A stretch of DNA of 64,000 nucleotides from Diplonema japonicum. Lineage: Eukaryota > Protista > Euglenozoa: Diplonemea. The notes beneath the pieces are model-generated. The model was not told where the DNA came from. It ran no database searches and saw only the letters and a program-made list of their open reading frames with translations. Location: contig OZ025672.1 of NCBI GenBank assembly GCA_964019335.1, positions 558,001-622,000 on the forward strand. The letters run 5' to 3'. Position 1 is the first letter of the stretch; each line of letters begins with the position of its first letter. The position numbers and the translations under genes are program-made. Of this stretch, positions 22,967-34,464 are shown in pieces.

Positions 22967-24808
22967 TTACTCGAATTTCTTTGACCGCCTCGCAAGAAGA
23001 ACGGCGGCTAAGGTCCTGAAGGCGAAGAACAAGACAACAAGGATAACTGCGTAGAACCATGTGCTGTCGCGGTTGATGTTGCTTTGGTTGATAAGCGCTG
23101 CAGATGCATTGGAGGCGAACGAGTTGTTATCAGGGATTCGGGACTCCGAGAATTCTGCAACAGCGATTATTGAGACGCTGTACTTAAGGGGGCATATCCA
23201 CTGGATCCACCTCATGAAGACAGGAATTGCATCGTTAGTGACAAGGAATCCAGCGAACAGGATCTGAGGGACATAAATAGCAGGTGCCAGATTGACTGCC
23301 GTCTCTGCCCTCACCGTGACTGCACCCAGCAGGAGCGCAGTGGATGCAGACACAGCAGCCAGCAACGTCAACGAAAGTGTCATGAGCATGAAGTCCCCCT
23401 GCAGGTCCACCATGAGGTAGCACAGCCCCATTCCGATGATCTGCTGAATGAATGCCGCAGGGATCTCGACCAATGTCTTGGCCACGAAGTACGCGATCGT
23501 GCCGTATGTCCCCGTGGCGTACTCCCTGATGAAGACAGCCCGCTCCAAGGGGAACACAAGCAGCAGAGGCTGCGCGGCCAAAAACATCGCGTTCATCGAG
23601 AAGAAGATCAGCGCGCCCCAGTGGTTGTTCACTTCCTTCACCACTTCTGTCCCATCGTCGTTGCCCCACTTGTCCCCCGCTCCCCAGAACACGATGCCCA
23701 CCATCAGTGCTAACATTACACTCATCCCATACCTCGCCACAAGCGTCATCTTGTCTCTGATGAATTGATAGAACTCCCTTTTCAGCAGCAGAGCCAGTTG
23801 GGTCTTAAACGGCGCGCTCCTTGAATCCCACATCTCCTCTGCCTGTCCCATACCCTCGATCTCGCTGCCGCCCTTTGAAGGCGTAACGGCCGCGATGAGG
23901 GGCTCAACTTCCTCGTCGCTCAGCGTCTGCAGCTTTTGCATTGCGAAGTCAGCAGGGTTGTAGTTCGGCTTGCAGTGGTGGCCTTGTGCTGCGAAGTGCT
24001 CCACGATACCCGTGATCGGGCCGTTGTACACCATCTGCCCAAGCCTCAGGAACATAACTCGGTGGAAGAGGTCGAACACCTCACTGGAGGGCTGGTGGAT
24101 CGTGCACACGATGGTGCACCCCGCCTCTGCGAGTCCTCGCAAGATCTTCACCAGCTCAAAGGCATTGTGCGAATCCAGCCCACTGGTCGGCTCGTCCAGG
24201 AAGATCAGAGAGGGCGATGAGATCAGCTCCACAGCTACGGCAGTCCTCTTCTTCTCACCCCCAGAGAGACCAGGCATCATCACTGAACCGATCATCGTGT
24301 CGGCACACCGTGTGAGGCTCAAGGCTTCGATGGCGCTGTTCACAAGCTCCTCACGCTCCTCCTCTGTCTTGTCGGGCAGCCTCAGGGCGGCCGTGAAGTG
24401 GAGGCATTCTCGTGGCGTTTGCGTAGCGAAGAGAGCGTCAGCCTGCATCACGTAGGCAAGCTTCTTTTTGTACGTCTTGAGGTCGAGTGGCTCGCCATTG
24501 ACGGTGATGCTGCCTGACGCCCTACCGTAGGGAGCCCTGCCTGCCAGGGTGTTCATGAAGGTGCTCTTCCCTGCGCCAGAGGGGCCCATGATGGCGGTCA
24601 GCTCACCAGGGCGCAGCGTGCCAGAGAGGCCCTTTAGAATCTGCTTCGTTTCGTTCTCCACATCTACCTCGAAGTCGAGGCTCGACCACCTCAGTGACAG
24701 CGCTTCAGTCGAGGACTTGGCGTGGAAGGCAGCCACGGCAGACGTCGCAGGCGCCTCGATATCGCCAGCGACAACATCGTTTTTAGTTCCAAAGGGTTGC
24801 GTGGCCAT
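22967..24808 (-). CDS. ABCG (White-type) half transporter
   Basis: Walker A GPSGAGKST, signature LSGGEKKR, Walker B/D-loop IFLDEPTSGLD, H-loop TIHQPS, then a TM domain. NBD-TMD order; intronless. Confidence 0.96.
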   Translation of the reverse strand: MATQPFGTKNDVVAGDIEAPATSAVAAFHAKSSTEALSLRWSSLDFEVDVENETKQILKGLSGTLRPGELTAIMGPSGAGKSTFMNTLAGRAPYGRASGSITVNGEPLDLKTYKKKLAYVMQADALFATQTPRECLHFTAALRLPDKTEEEREELVNSAIEALSLTRCADTMIGSVMMPGLSGGEKKRTAVAVELISSPSLIFLDEPTSGLDSHNAFELVKILRGLAEAGCTIVCTIHQPSSEVFDLFHRVMFLRLGQMVYNGPITGIVEHFAAQGHHCKPNYNPADFAMQKLQTLSDEEVEPLIAAVTPSKGGSEIEGMGQAEEMWDSRSAPFKTQLALLLKREFYQFIRDKMTLVARYGMSVMLALMVGIVFWGAGDKWGNDDGTEVVKEVNNHWGALIFFSMNAMFLAAQPLLLVFPLERAVFIREYATGTYGTIAYFVAKTLVEIPAAFIQQIIGMGLCYLMVDLQGDFMLMTLSLTLLAAVSASTALLLGAVTVRAETAVNLAPAIYVPQILFAGFLVTNDAIPVFMRWIQWICPLKYSVSIIAVAEFSESRIPDNNSFASNASAALINQSNINRDSTWFYAVILVVLFFAFRTLAAVLLARRSKKFE

Positions 24809-24957
24809 GGGTAGAGAATACCTGTGGTGCTTGCAATGATGCAGTGCTTGCAAACAAAAGAAGAATTGTTGCGTTAAATACTTTAGAAAAGGGAATAAAT
24901 GAAATAGGAAAACAAAAAAAAAATGAATGAATATTTTTTTTCTCATACAGAACATCA

Positions 24958-24964
24958 AAATAAG

Positions 24965-24995
<31 letters not shown>

Positions 24996-24996
24996 A
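24958..24996. repeat. (TAAA)n microsatellite
   Basis: About 9 tandem TAAA units. Confidence 0.8.
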
Positions 24997-27431
24997 GTGG
25001 TGACGGGACCCTGGAAGAAAGGGGTGGGGAGGGGGCTGAAAATTCCGTTTTTTTTTCTTTTTTTTTTTTTTAATGGAAATGCGTTCTAAGGCCGAAGAAG
25101 GATTCAAACAGAATTCCATTTGGAATATATTCACCCTGGCCTAGCCTAGCCTAGTGGAGTGGGAGGAGCGGAAGCGGGAAATGATTGTATTCTCGGCCAG
25201 CAGCGGTGCCTGGCTAGAAAGGTCGCACAAATCTAAACAAGGGAGGTGTGCTGCGGTACTGACACGTAGGTCAGCAGCAGCAGCACCAGCTTTACAGGTA
25301 AGCGTCACCCTTTGCACCAAGTCCACTGTGGCGCAGACTCTTGGTAAGGACGGACCGTATAGACATTAAGGGGGGGGGGGGGGGGGGTGAAATGGTGAAA
25401 TAAAAGAGAGAAGAATGGCTTTTTTTTTTTTTTTTTTTTCCCCTCATTCGCTACTGTTGGTTTTCCAACTCAACAATCTGCTCGGTCGAAGAAAAAAAAA
25501 AAGAGGGGGGGGAAAAGAACAGCAGCAGTGCAGTGATTCAAATAACCGGAAGGGTGAAATACTAGACATTGAACGTCGTTGGACATTTAAGATCCGTATC
25601 CGCGCTCAAAATAAAATTACAATCTCGTGGCTAATGATGAGCCCTTCCCCTTCCCCATTCTTTTTTTTTCTTCTTTTTTTTTTTTTTTTTGCCTCACTCC
25701 TGAAATCACTTTACAGGAGGGGAATGTGAAGTAAATAGTGCTTTCTGCCCTTCCCTTCCGTATCCTATCTCCTTTTTTTTTTTTTTTTTTTTTCCCTCCA
25801 GTTTTATTTTTCTTCTCTCACCCTTTGCCCTGCTTGGTGGATTTCGAAGTGTCGCGAAAGAAAAACCACCTACCACCGCCAAGGAATGCCTTTACCGTCT
25901 CGGCCCCCAAAATGTCTTCGACAAAACTTTCGAGGAAAATTGTAAGTAATTACTTGTTGGTAGTAAATTATTATTTTTTTTATTTTTTCTTTCTTTTCTT
26001 TCTTTTTTTTTTCCTCCCAGCATGGGCCATGGTTTAGGGTGCAAAAAAAAAATCAGAAACTCGAGAGTCAATCGTTGCAGAGTCGCGGGGGGGGGGGGGG
26101 GGGGGGGGGGAGGAGAAAGCAGAGGCTCCCAGGGAACTAGCTTTCGCAAACGTTCTATAGGCAGATCTTGAAATATGCCCTTTTGGAGAACTAATCAAGG
26201 ATGGCTACAAGGGGTAAAGGAGTAGGTAGGACGGGTACGGGGCACAAGAAACAAACAGAAATTCGATAAGCTAATCGCTTCTGTTCCTTTGCCTAAAAAG
26301 AGTGGGGGGGGGGGGGGGGGGGACAGAGAGAACCCGCATACACGCCAAATCAAGTTTTGTATTTTCTCCACCACATATGGAAACCTGTGTTCCCATTCCA
26401 CAGTTTCCGAACCCGTACAGAAAGGAGCGGTTGGAAAGTTTATTATTATTATTATTATTATTATTTTGGTCGTGTTTTGCAGTTTCTTCTCGAATGGGTG
26501 CGGGGACAAAAAAAAAAGAATAAAAAATAAAAAAAAAAGAGGAACCCCTTTTGCAGCCTCGGGATTTTTTTTTCTTTTTATTTTCTCTTTTAAAAGTTTG
26601 AAGATTTGAAACGGTAGCGGTCCCCCATTTTTTTTTTTTTTTTTTTAGTAAAAAAAATTACAAACAATAACTTACACTACTCAAAACTATCTGACGGGTC
26701 AAGTAGAAGGAAGAAGAAAAAAAAAAAAGAGAAAGTTACAGCAGTGCTTCTTGAACATTACAGCTAGGCTAGAGGAGAACTTATTAGTTTACAGCTCGCT
26801 AGGTTTTCTCCCTCCCCCCCCCCCCCCCCCCCTCCTTTCTTTTAAAGAAGAACAAATAAAAGGGGAGAAAAATAAATATTAAGTGAAAACACAAATCAAA
26901 AAAAAAAGGAAAGGGATAGGGAAGAGGGGCCATGTCATTGAGCTTTGATAGCAAAAGTCTAAAAGGGCGCAGATGGGCATCTAAAGTCTAAAAGAAGAAG
27001 AGAGAGAAAAAGAAATTGCAACTCATTTGCAAACCTCTTTATTTCCCCAGGGTAAGGGACAACCAAAGGATGAAAAACTGCTCCAATATTTGTGTGCAAC
27101 CTTTTTTTTTTTTTTTTTTTCCTCCCATTTTTTTTTCTCTCTTTTTTGCACTCCTCCCTTTGTTTCACGGGTTTTCTTCTATTTTCTTCTTATTAATAAA
27201 TTTTTTTTGTTTGCTTTTTTTTTTTGCTTTTTTTTTTCCCCCTCTTTTTTTTTTTTTTTTTTGTATTTCATCCACACCACGCCTTTTTTTTTTTCTTTTT
27301 CTTTTTTTTTTTTTCTAATTCTGTGTATCCTTAAGCGCTGCATTGCTGCGACGTATTAACAATACCGCCGCGAGCGGGCGTCGCATGAGGAGGTGGAGGG
27401 GAGGGGAGGGGAGGGGTATGGCGGTAGCAGT

Positions 27432-27946
27432 TCACCCGATAGCTATCGGTACCCTGCAGATGGGGCAACACGGTTCAGTGCCTCCCTTCAGACATGTTTC
27501 TATCCATCTGTGAAAAGGTGTGTATAGGTGTGTATAGGTGTGTATAGGTGTGTATAGGTGTGTATAGGTGTACTAATTTATTCCTTCCCTCCTCTTCGTG
27601 CATACCCGCAAAGACACGGCTTGTGAAAGCCGTGCATGCAATCTGTGAGAACACCTTCCTGACCTTCCTCTTTGCATATAGAGCAATCGTCCACGCTGCT
27701 GCCGGACAGCTTACGCACCATGTCCCTGCTGCTCCTCTTGGGCCACCTTCTAGCAAGAGAACTTGCCAGCTGCGACTTCCCGCTGAACGCAACACTCCTG
27801 ATCAGCTGCCTGGGTGACGAGGAGTCGCTGGAGCATGATCCCGGACACCCGTCCTCAGCACCACTGCTCGCACCCGCATCGCTGTCCGATGTTGGGTAGT
27901 CGGGGACATCAACCCAAGTTGCCCACTGTTCGTCCACATGTGTCAT
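27432..27946 (-). CDS. RING-H2 finger protein (2 exons)
   Basis: CSIC...CMHGFHKPCLCG|WIETC...CPICR after removing a GT-AG intron at about 27508-27606. Confidence 0.85.
27517..27572. repeat. 10-nt tandem repeat (GGTGTGTATA) inside the RING gene intron
   Basis: About five consecutive copies. Confidence 0.85.
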
Positions 27947-28119
27947 GGCTGCTGTGTGCTGTGGTGGATGCTGTGCGCATGTTATAATATTATCAAATCA
28001 TGCAACCGCACCTGGAACAGCTCCTGGTACAGCTCCTGGAAAAGAGCTGGTAAAGGAGTGCCACTAAGTGTAACTAACGGCAACAAACGCGGGGTCTGAG
28101 AAAGGGAAGCATGCCGCCG

Positions 28120-29085
28120 TCAGGGGCCCCTCAAGGGCGTGTCGAGGATCCTTGGCAGCTTCGCTGTGAGAGGGCTGCGCGACAGCTTCGCGCTTTTGTT
28201 TGTGTTGTGCTTCTTGACAGGTGACGCAGATCTTGGCAAGTTCACCAAAGGAGGCAGGGCGCTCTTTAGGCGGTCGTACTGTGCCGACTCGGGCAGCAGC
28301 TTGGCATGGTGCTTGGCATTTTTGAAGGAGATGTACGATGCGCTGGAGTGTGTCCGAGTGCTGCCTGCCTTCGTCTCTTCGATACCTGACTGCGCTACTC
28401 CTAAATTGAACCATGCAGAGGCCAAAAGATAGGTGTGCCGTGGGTCTTCTTTTTCGGTTTTCTGCCTTGCTTTTTTGAGGTATTTCACTGCGTTCTTGCA
28501 GTACACGGCCCCCTCAGAGTACCTCCCGACGTCCGACAGCAGGGACCCGAAGCTGAGCATGGTCTCTGGGCTCACGTTGCCATGGTTGCTGATCTGCTCA
28601 AAATGTTGCGCTCTTTGGAGATACTTGGCCGCTGCTTTCAGCCTTCCCGCCTTCCTCTCTAGACACGCTATGTTTGTAAGCGTGGCCGCCCTGAGGCGCA
28701 GCCGCTCGGACTGTGCCCTGTTGCACATCCAATGCTTGTCAGATGTCATCTCCGCCGCGATGTCCAACCATTCTCTTCTGCTTGTCTCCAGCCCCTTAAG
28801 GTTCGCCTTACCCACCAGCTGCACTACCAGCTCCTTCAGCTCTGGCTTGCAACACATCTTAAGGCCTTCCATGTACACATTAGCTTCTATCACTTTCAGT
28901 GTGTCCCACAGGCTGCGCGTCTCGTCCGCATCGTCACCCTCTATCGACTGTAGCATCTGGCACAGCAGAACACACCGTTCTTGATCATTAGTCTTGTTGA
29001 GCATATCCCTGTGCGTCGCCTCTTCTGTAACGGGCTTGTACAGCCGCGACCGTGCGTCTGCTGGAAGCGCACTTATAACGGTCAT
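28120..29085 (-). CDS. TPR-containing hypothetical protein
   Basis: TPR-like helices ATLTNIACLERKAGRLKAAAKYLQRA, TMLSFGSLLSDVGRYSEGAVYC, ASAWFNLGVAQ. Confidence 0.75.
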   Translation of the reverse strand: MTVISALPADARSRLYKPVTEEATHRDMLNKTNDQERCVLLCQMLQSIEGDDADETRSLWDTLKVIEANVYMEGLKMCCKPELKELVVQLVGKANLKGLETSRREWLDIAAEMTSDKHWMCNRAQSERLRLRAATLTNIACLERKAGRLKAAAKYLQRAQHFEQISNHGNVSPETMLSFGSLLSDVGRYSEGAVYCKNAVKYLKKARQKTEKEDPRHTYLLASAWFNLGVAQSGIEETKAGSTRTHSSASYISFKNAKHHAKLLPESAQYDRLKSALPPLVNLPRSASPVKKHNTNKSAKLSRSPLTAKLPRILDTPLRGP

Positions 29086-29184
29086 GTTGCCTGTTTGAAG
29101 GAGTACGGGACAGTAAGTAAAGCGTATCGTTGAAAGAGACAGTAGATGGGATAACGTCTCGTGTTAACATCTGGTGTTGGTAAT

Positions 29185-30858
29185 CTAGTTCACAAGCCTC
29201 TCACCCTCCACCTCCGTCAGGTAGATCTCTGTCAGGCCGGATCCTTTGTTCTCGGTACTCGTCACCTTGAGCTGCACACCTGGTAGCAAAATCAACTCTT
29301 CTTCAGCTTTGTAAGCAGAGTACTGTTTGATGGCTGCCAACGTAGAGCCGCTGATCTTGAACAGGGTACGTGGGCCTGATTTGCCTAAGAAGTTGTTGGC
29401 GACCTTCAGATCAGGTGTGCAGGAGTTAACTGCCCACCATGTCACGGTGGAGCCCTTCGGGTACTGCTTTGCCAGATCAAGGCCAACACCACGATAAACC
29501 GACCGCACTTCGACAGGAAGCTTCATGATTGCCGTGAACAACAGCTTGAGGTAGCTCATGTAAGGCACCACCTTCTTCCTGTCAGGGTCGCGCAGCGTGT
29601 TGTTCAACTTCCTGTACAACGACTGGCCTGTGTACATGTGGATCGACGCCCCCTCGTCTAGGGTCAGCGCTCCTAGGTTCCTCTTCTTCATCAATTTGAG
29701 GGAGTCTTCTGCTGCAGTTTCTAACCCTATCTCACTGCAAGTATCAACTAAGCTCAGCAGCTTCTGCTTCCCAATCCCTGTAATGGGCCTAAGCTCCTCA
29801 ACGGTCAGTCCATCCTTCAATCTGTCTAGGTACATCTTGTGCAGGTTCATCGTTGCAGCCATGAAGTCGCCCATCTTGTTCACCCTTTCCGTCTCGTGGT
29901 GTTCAGCACCTTTCCAGGATTGGTTAGGCAGCCAGTCAATCTCCCGCAGTTTGAGTTCTTTCAAACAATTGTTCAAAACATCGAACGGGGTTGGCGTGCT
30001 GCAGAAGATGTCGCCTTGCGCCGCTGGGTTAGGATGGTCAATGTGTCTAATCTCGACTTTGTTCCTGTACTTCAAAAACAGCGGGTTGAGTTTTGCTTTT
30101 ACCTTCAGCGACTCAGCTCCCCACCAAGCGAACACAAGCCCTGTCTTGTTCTCAGTCTTGCTTTGCAGGACGGTTTCCATGATGCCCTCAATGATGGGGA
30201 CTGAGAATTTCAAGTGTTCGCTTTTGCTCTTGTCGCTTGGGTTCGTGGTGAGCGACGCGTTGAGCAGGAGCACGCCCTGCGTCAGCATTGCTTGGAACCA
30301 CTCAGCGGGGCCGACTATTTGGTTCGCTTTCAGGATCTTTCGCAGTTCTGCAACAGGTGTCACTTTTGGTGCATTGAACTTGCTCATGCACGCAGCCTTG
30401 ATGATGCATCGCATTGTAGAGACAGAGCCAAAGCGCTTATCGTCCCATGTCTTAAGGCTGTTGTCGAACATAGCGATGCCGGTGGCACTCTCCATACGGG
30501 GATAAGGGTTCTGTCCGAACACAACAACCTTCCAATCACCCGGCTCGTTGGGCTTCAGTGCTTGGAACGTCAGTTCCCTGATTGGGACAATTTCTTTGTC
30601 GCGTGCCATGCCCAAGAACTTCTCCCAATTAGGCTGCCGCTTAATGATAGGCACAATCGCCTTCTCCCACTCAGGCGCCCCACTGAACAGTACACCAAGA
30701 TCGTCATCTTCATCTTCCAAAAGTACTTTCTTCCCTTTAGAAGGCTTTGCGCTCAACTTCGGCTTCTTTAACACCGGTGACTCTACCGTGTGCGAACTGT
30801 CAGAGTCCCCGTCAGAACTGTTGCTGGACAGCTCGTTGTACTTCTTCTTAGTAGGCAT
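29185..30858 (-). CDS. Uracil-DNA glycosylase-like domain fused to an R-S-E ADP-ribosyltransferase domain
   Basis: UDG motifs KVVVFGQNPYP, QGVLLLNASLT, VFAWWG, HPNPAA. ART motifs LYRKLNNTLR, VYRGV, NSCT, EEELILLPG. Intronless. Confidence 0.9.
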   Translation of the reverse strand: MPTKKKYNELSSNSSDGDSDSSHTVESPVLKKPKLSAKPSKGKKVLLEDEDDDLGVLFSGAPEWEKAIVPIIKRQPNWEKFLGMARDKEIVPIRELTFQALKPNEPGDWKVVVFGQNPYPRMESATGIAMFDNSLKTWDDKRFGSVSTMRCIIKAACMSKFNAPKVTPVAELRKILKANQIVGPAEWFQAMLTQGVLLLNASLTTNPSDKSKSEHLKFSVPIIEGIMETVLQSKTENKTGLVFAWWGAESLKVKAKLNPLFLKYRNKVEIRHIDHPNPAAQGDIFCSTPTPFDVLNNCLKELKLREIDWLPNQSWKGAEHHETERVNKMGDFMAATMNLHKMYLDRLKDGLTVEELRPITGIGKQKLLSLVDTCSEIGLETAAEDSLKLMKKRNLGALTLDEGASIHMYTGQSLYRKLNNTLRDPDRKKVVPYMSYLKLLFTAIMKLPVEVRSVYRGVGLDLAKQYPKGSTVTWWAVNSCTPDLKVANNFLGKSGPRTLFKISGSTLAAIKQYSAYKAEEELILLPGVQLKVTSTENKGSGLTEIYLTEVEGERLVN

Positions 30859-30963
30859 CTAAACTGAAATAAAAAAGTGTTGGTGTTTGGTCACAGATGT
30901 TTTGTCTTTTCTTCTTTTTTTTTTCCTAAAACGAATAACATTGTGGACAGGTATCTAGATCTA

Positions 30964-33180
30964 TTAATGGGCATTCGAGTGCTCATATGTCTTCATGAGG
31001 TGCGAGATGAGGTCGTACTCGGCACCCTCGTACAGGTGCAGGATGACGTCGATACTGGGGAGCTGCCAAGGGGTGTGCCGCGTCATGAGACTGTGGAGGG
31101 AGTCGCGGTAGGGGTTGTCAGTGGGCAACTTGTACTTCTTGACCAGCGCTGTAAAGAGGACAGCCTCTTGGTTATGGAACTGGTGTAGGAGTGATGGGAT
31201 GTTCTGTATCTTGCCTGGGTCGTAGCGTGTGTAAAATGCCGCCAGCAGCTGTCCGAATACTTCTTGAGGATTGGGCTGTGACTGGTGCTGCTGATAGTGT
31301 TGTTGGTGTTGGTGTTGGTGCTGCTGAAAATGGGGCTGGTAACCGTGTTGAGAGTTCGGGGGTTGTGCAGCTGCTGAGTGGGACTGCAGTGCCCTTAGGG
31401 CATCGATTTGTAACTTCAAAGGCTCCAAGACTTTTTCAGGTGCACCGGAAGTAGTACTAGCAAGCCTTCCTGCCTTTGTATCCCTCAGTTGTGCTAGCTT
31501 CTCTCGGTGCTGCTTTGAGTCATCTTCCAGTGCCCGTACTCTTGCTGTGATCCTAGCAATCTCACATGACTTTGCATCCTCTTGCAGTCTCACGAGCCGT
31601 TGGGGGCTCCCCTTTGTGCTCCCAAGCTCTTTCATCTGCTGTCTTATTAAATGTAGCTGCCGTTCTGTGGAAGCCTTAGGCAGTTCGTTGATTCTCCTCC
31701 TTTCCTCTTCGTATTTTTTATAGACAGCGGCGAGGTCATCCAGCAGGGACTGGGTGCCGGCCTCCCAATCATTAACTATCTCTTTCCTGCCCATCTTCTC
31801 GCAGACCTGACAATCCTCCTTTTGTGCCGCCCGCAGCTCACATATTTTTCTGTCAGTTGCCTCCATTTCCTTCATCGTCTCCAGTTCCTTCACACCATCG
31901 ATGAGAAACTCTTCGAATTTCGAGCGTGTGAAGTCGATCCACGCCTTCACCAGCGCGGTCACCTCAGCTGCCCACACGTGGTGCCTGCGCTCTACGATGG
32001 TCAATGCATCCCGACACAGCTCTTCCTCTTCCATCACGCTCTGCCTTACTTCAGTCTCTATTTCACATAGCACCATACGTTCAGTGAGCTCTCTTTCTAA
32101 CTGCAACTTGTAATAATGCGCAATGGATGTGATGGCAAATGCTGTGATTTGCTGGAAGGACAGGTCTTCCTCGTAGGCCACCTCCATCCGCATCTGCTGC
32201 TGCAACGCACTTACTGCCGATGTCGACAGCAGCTGCAGGGAGCGCTCCAGGTCGTACGCTGCGACCTGCTGCAGCATGCTGCGTTGGTAGATCTCTGCCA
32301 CCACAAGCCGTTCCACCTCTTCATTGCCGTGGAGTGCTATGCGCTCCGTAATCTCGCAGGCTTCGAAGGCCAACCTCATGGTATTGGCCTCTGCTTCCCT
32401 CATCTGCCGCAGCTCCTCTTCTGTGGGCCCTGTTTGGATAGGCTTTGCAGGTTCAGGAGAGGGGGACACTTGAGCAGGGACTTCAGCAAGGGCAGGAACG
32501 GGAGAGGGAGAAGAAGAGGGAATCTGGGACGGCTCGGGCACAACTACAAGCGGCTTCATCTTGACAGGTGGGTCGGGGAGGTCGAGGGCACCTCCTTGCT
32601 CGAGCACAGGTTCAGGGTCCTCAGGTTTCAGTTCAGGTTCGTCCTGCATGAGCTCCGGCTCAGGTTCGGCCTCAGGTTCTGGTTCGGACTTTTTGGGAGA
32701 TGCTTCAGGCTTAGGGGAAGGAGTTTCTTCAGCAACATTGTCCTCTTTTGCAGCAGGTTTATTTTTGCCAGATGTCCCGTCTATGTAGCCTAGCTGTTTT
32801 GCCACCACTTCCTCAAGGTCCCAGACCACTTCCTTCTTGTTCTTCGGATTATAAAAATATGGCTTCTTTCCATTTACTTTTTTCCATATCCCATTCTTCA
32901 ATAATTCCTTCACCTTCTTTTCTATCGCTGTCTGCCTGTCAGCGTCGATCTTCGCTTCGAGGTTTCCTTTCGCTATCTTCATCATTTCCTTCTTGTACAC
33001 AGACCTTTTCGTTTCCTGTTATTTCCTGCGTTTTGCTTTCATAAGTTATACCTTTTCGTAGTAGTATGTCTTCTCTCCCTTTTTAGCCTCTTTCCATGCG
33101 CCGCCCTTTGCGGTCATTGCGGTTATGTGCTGCTCAACCTCCTCATCCGTGACATCCGGTGGGGGCAGCTTAACGGGCAT
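30964..33180 (-). CDS. Protein with two WW-like modules, Pro/Glu-rich linker, coiled coil and duplicated C-terminal helical repeat
   Basis: AWKEAKKGEKTYYYEK|ETKRSV and IWKKVNGKKPYFYNPKNKKEVVW; intron 33016-33051; FYTRYDPGKI...LVKKY repeat. The ATG at 33180 follows CACACAACAG-TAAAG. Confidence 0.7.
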
Positions 33181-34113
33181 CTTTACTGTTGTGTGCTTTA
33201 TGTCAGAAAGGGGTTCAAAAGAATAGTGCAAATCACTGAGATCGCCACACTGCAGCAAAAGATGCACGGCAGCAGCGGTCGGGGGTGTCAGCTTGTTGTC
33301 TGCGATCATCTTCGCAAGGTCCGTTTTGTCAAAACGTGTGAGAAGTATTTGACTGGATTCGAACTTCTCGGCCATTTCGCCCTTTTGATAGATTGCCTTG
33401 ATCTCGTCGGCTGTAAGAGAGCACTGTATGAAGTACAGCAAATCGGGTTTGTTCCTTGTGCGCGTGTTTACGGCCACGCCAAGGAGACCTAACAGGTTGA
33501 GCGTCTCACGGGGAAGCCCGAGCTCCTCTACAACTTCGTCCAGACTGCTTTCGAACATCTCTTTTAGGACAGCAGCTTCCTTCCCTGCCATATCGTCGAT
33601 GAGCCTGGCGTGGTCAGGGTTGGGGTTCTTGATCACCTTCTTTGGTTCAGCGTGCCCACCAGGCCCACAATAGAACCCAGGGTACTCGGCTACCTGATCG
33701 CTCCGCCTGATGAACACCAGGACACCATCAGACGACGCAACCAAAGACTCGACACCGAGGGCATGAGACATGTACTTGTCATGATCGTCGCCCGCCAAGC
33801 ACTCCTGCAGCAGGGACTCTTCCAAGTAATGCGACCCGATGAAGCTCTTGTAGTCAGTCACGCCCACTTGCAGCTCTACGGTGTCTCCCTCACTGTGCAC
33901 ACCCCCAAGCCTGAACTTCAAACCATTAAACAGTTGTACATCCGGATACTTCTTCTTTTTCGCGTCCCACACATCGTCGATGGCACTTTGGAACATCTCT
34001 GTTGTGCAAGCATTGAACTCGGCACCCAGCGAGACCTTCACGTTATCTGGTTTGATGGTCGTCGTCGGAGGAGCTGCGAACGTAAGGCGGTAATCAGATG
34101 AATAGAACGTCAT
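33181..34113 (-). CDS. NUDT22-like Nudix-fold hydrolase (no in-frame stop before the next gene)
   Basis: LFNGLKFRL, VGVTDYKSFIG, ALGVESLVASSDGVLVFIRRSDQVAEYPGFYCGPGGHAEP, EMFESSLDEVVEELGL, FES. The 3' end is uncertain. Confidence 0.8.
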
Positions 34114-34464
34114 TTTACTCCTTTCAGAATCTGTGACACAGTAGAGTAATAGGACTGCCCAGCAGGCCAACACCGTAACACAAGTTACCCGCATTAGGTA
34201 TCTTAAGTTGGGATAACGAAAGAGGGCGCCAGCCTACCAAGGGAACGAGGCACATGGCGCCTGGGTGTGTAGGGCAGGGCGTAAATAAAGAGTGTAGCTA
34301 TTGTCACAATCGACAACGACAATTCGCTTTCCACTTCCCGGTCCCTCCCACCGCATCCCCCGACCCCATCTCGCCAAAACACAATCACAGCACTCCAAAC
34401 TCACAACTCGCACGCCCTTCCTGATGTTGACTAGACACCTCAAAAGACAATCTGCGTTAGTATT

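Noticed and set aside
27436-27449. Perfect palindrome CCGATAGCTATCGG as a regulatory site
   Set aside because: It lies in the last codons (PIAIG) of the spliced RING gene, and there is no independent support.
29185-34113. Nudix and UDG-ART as a linked writer/eraser module
   Set aside because: The Nudix is NUDT22-like (UDP-sugar type), the genes are not adjacent, and gene order in such arrays is rarely functional.
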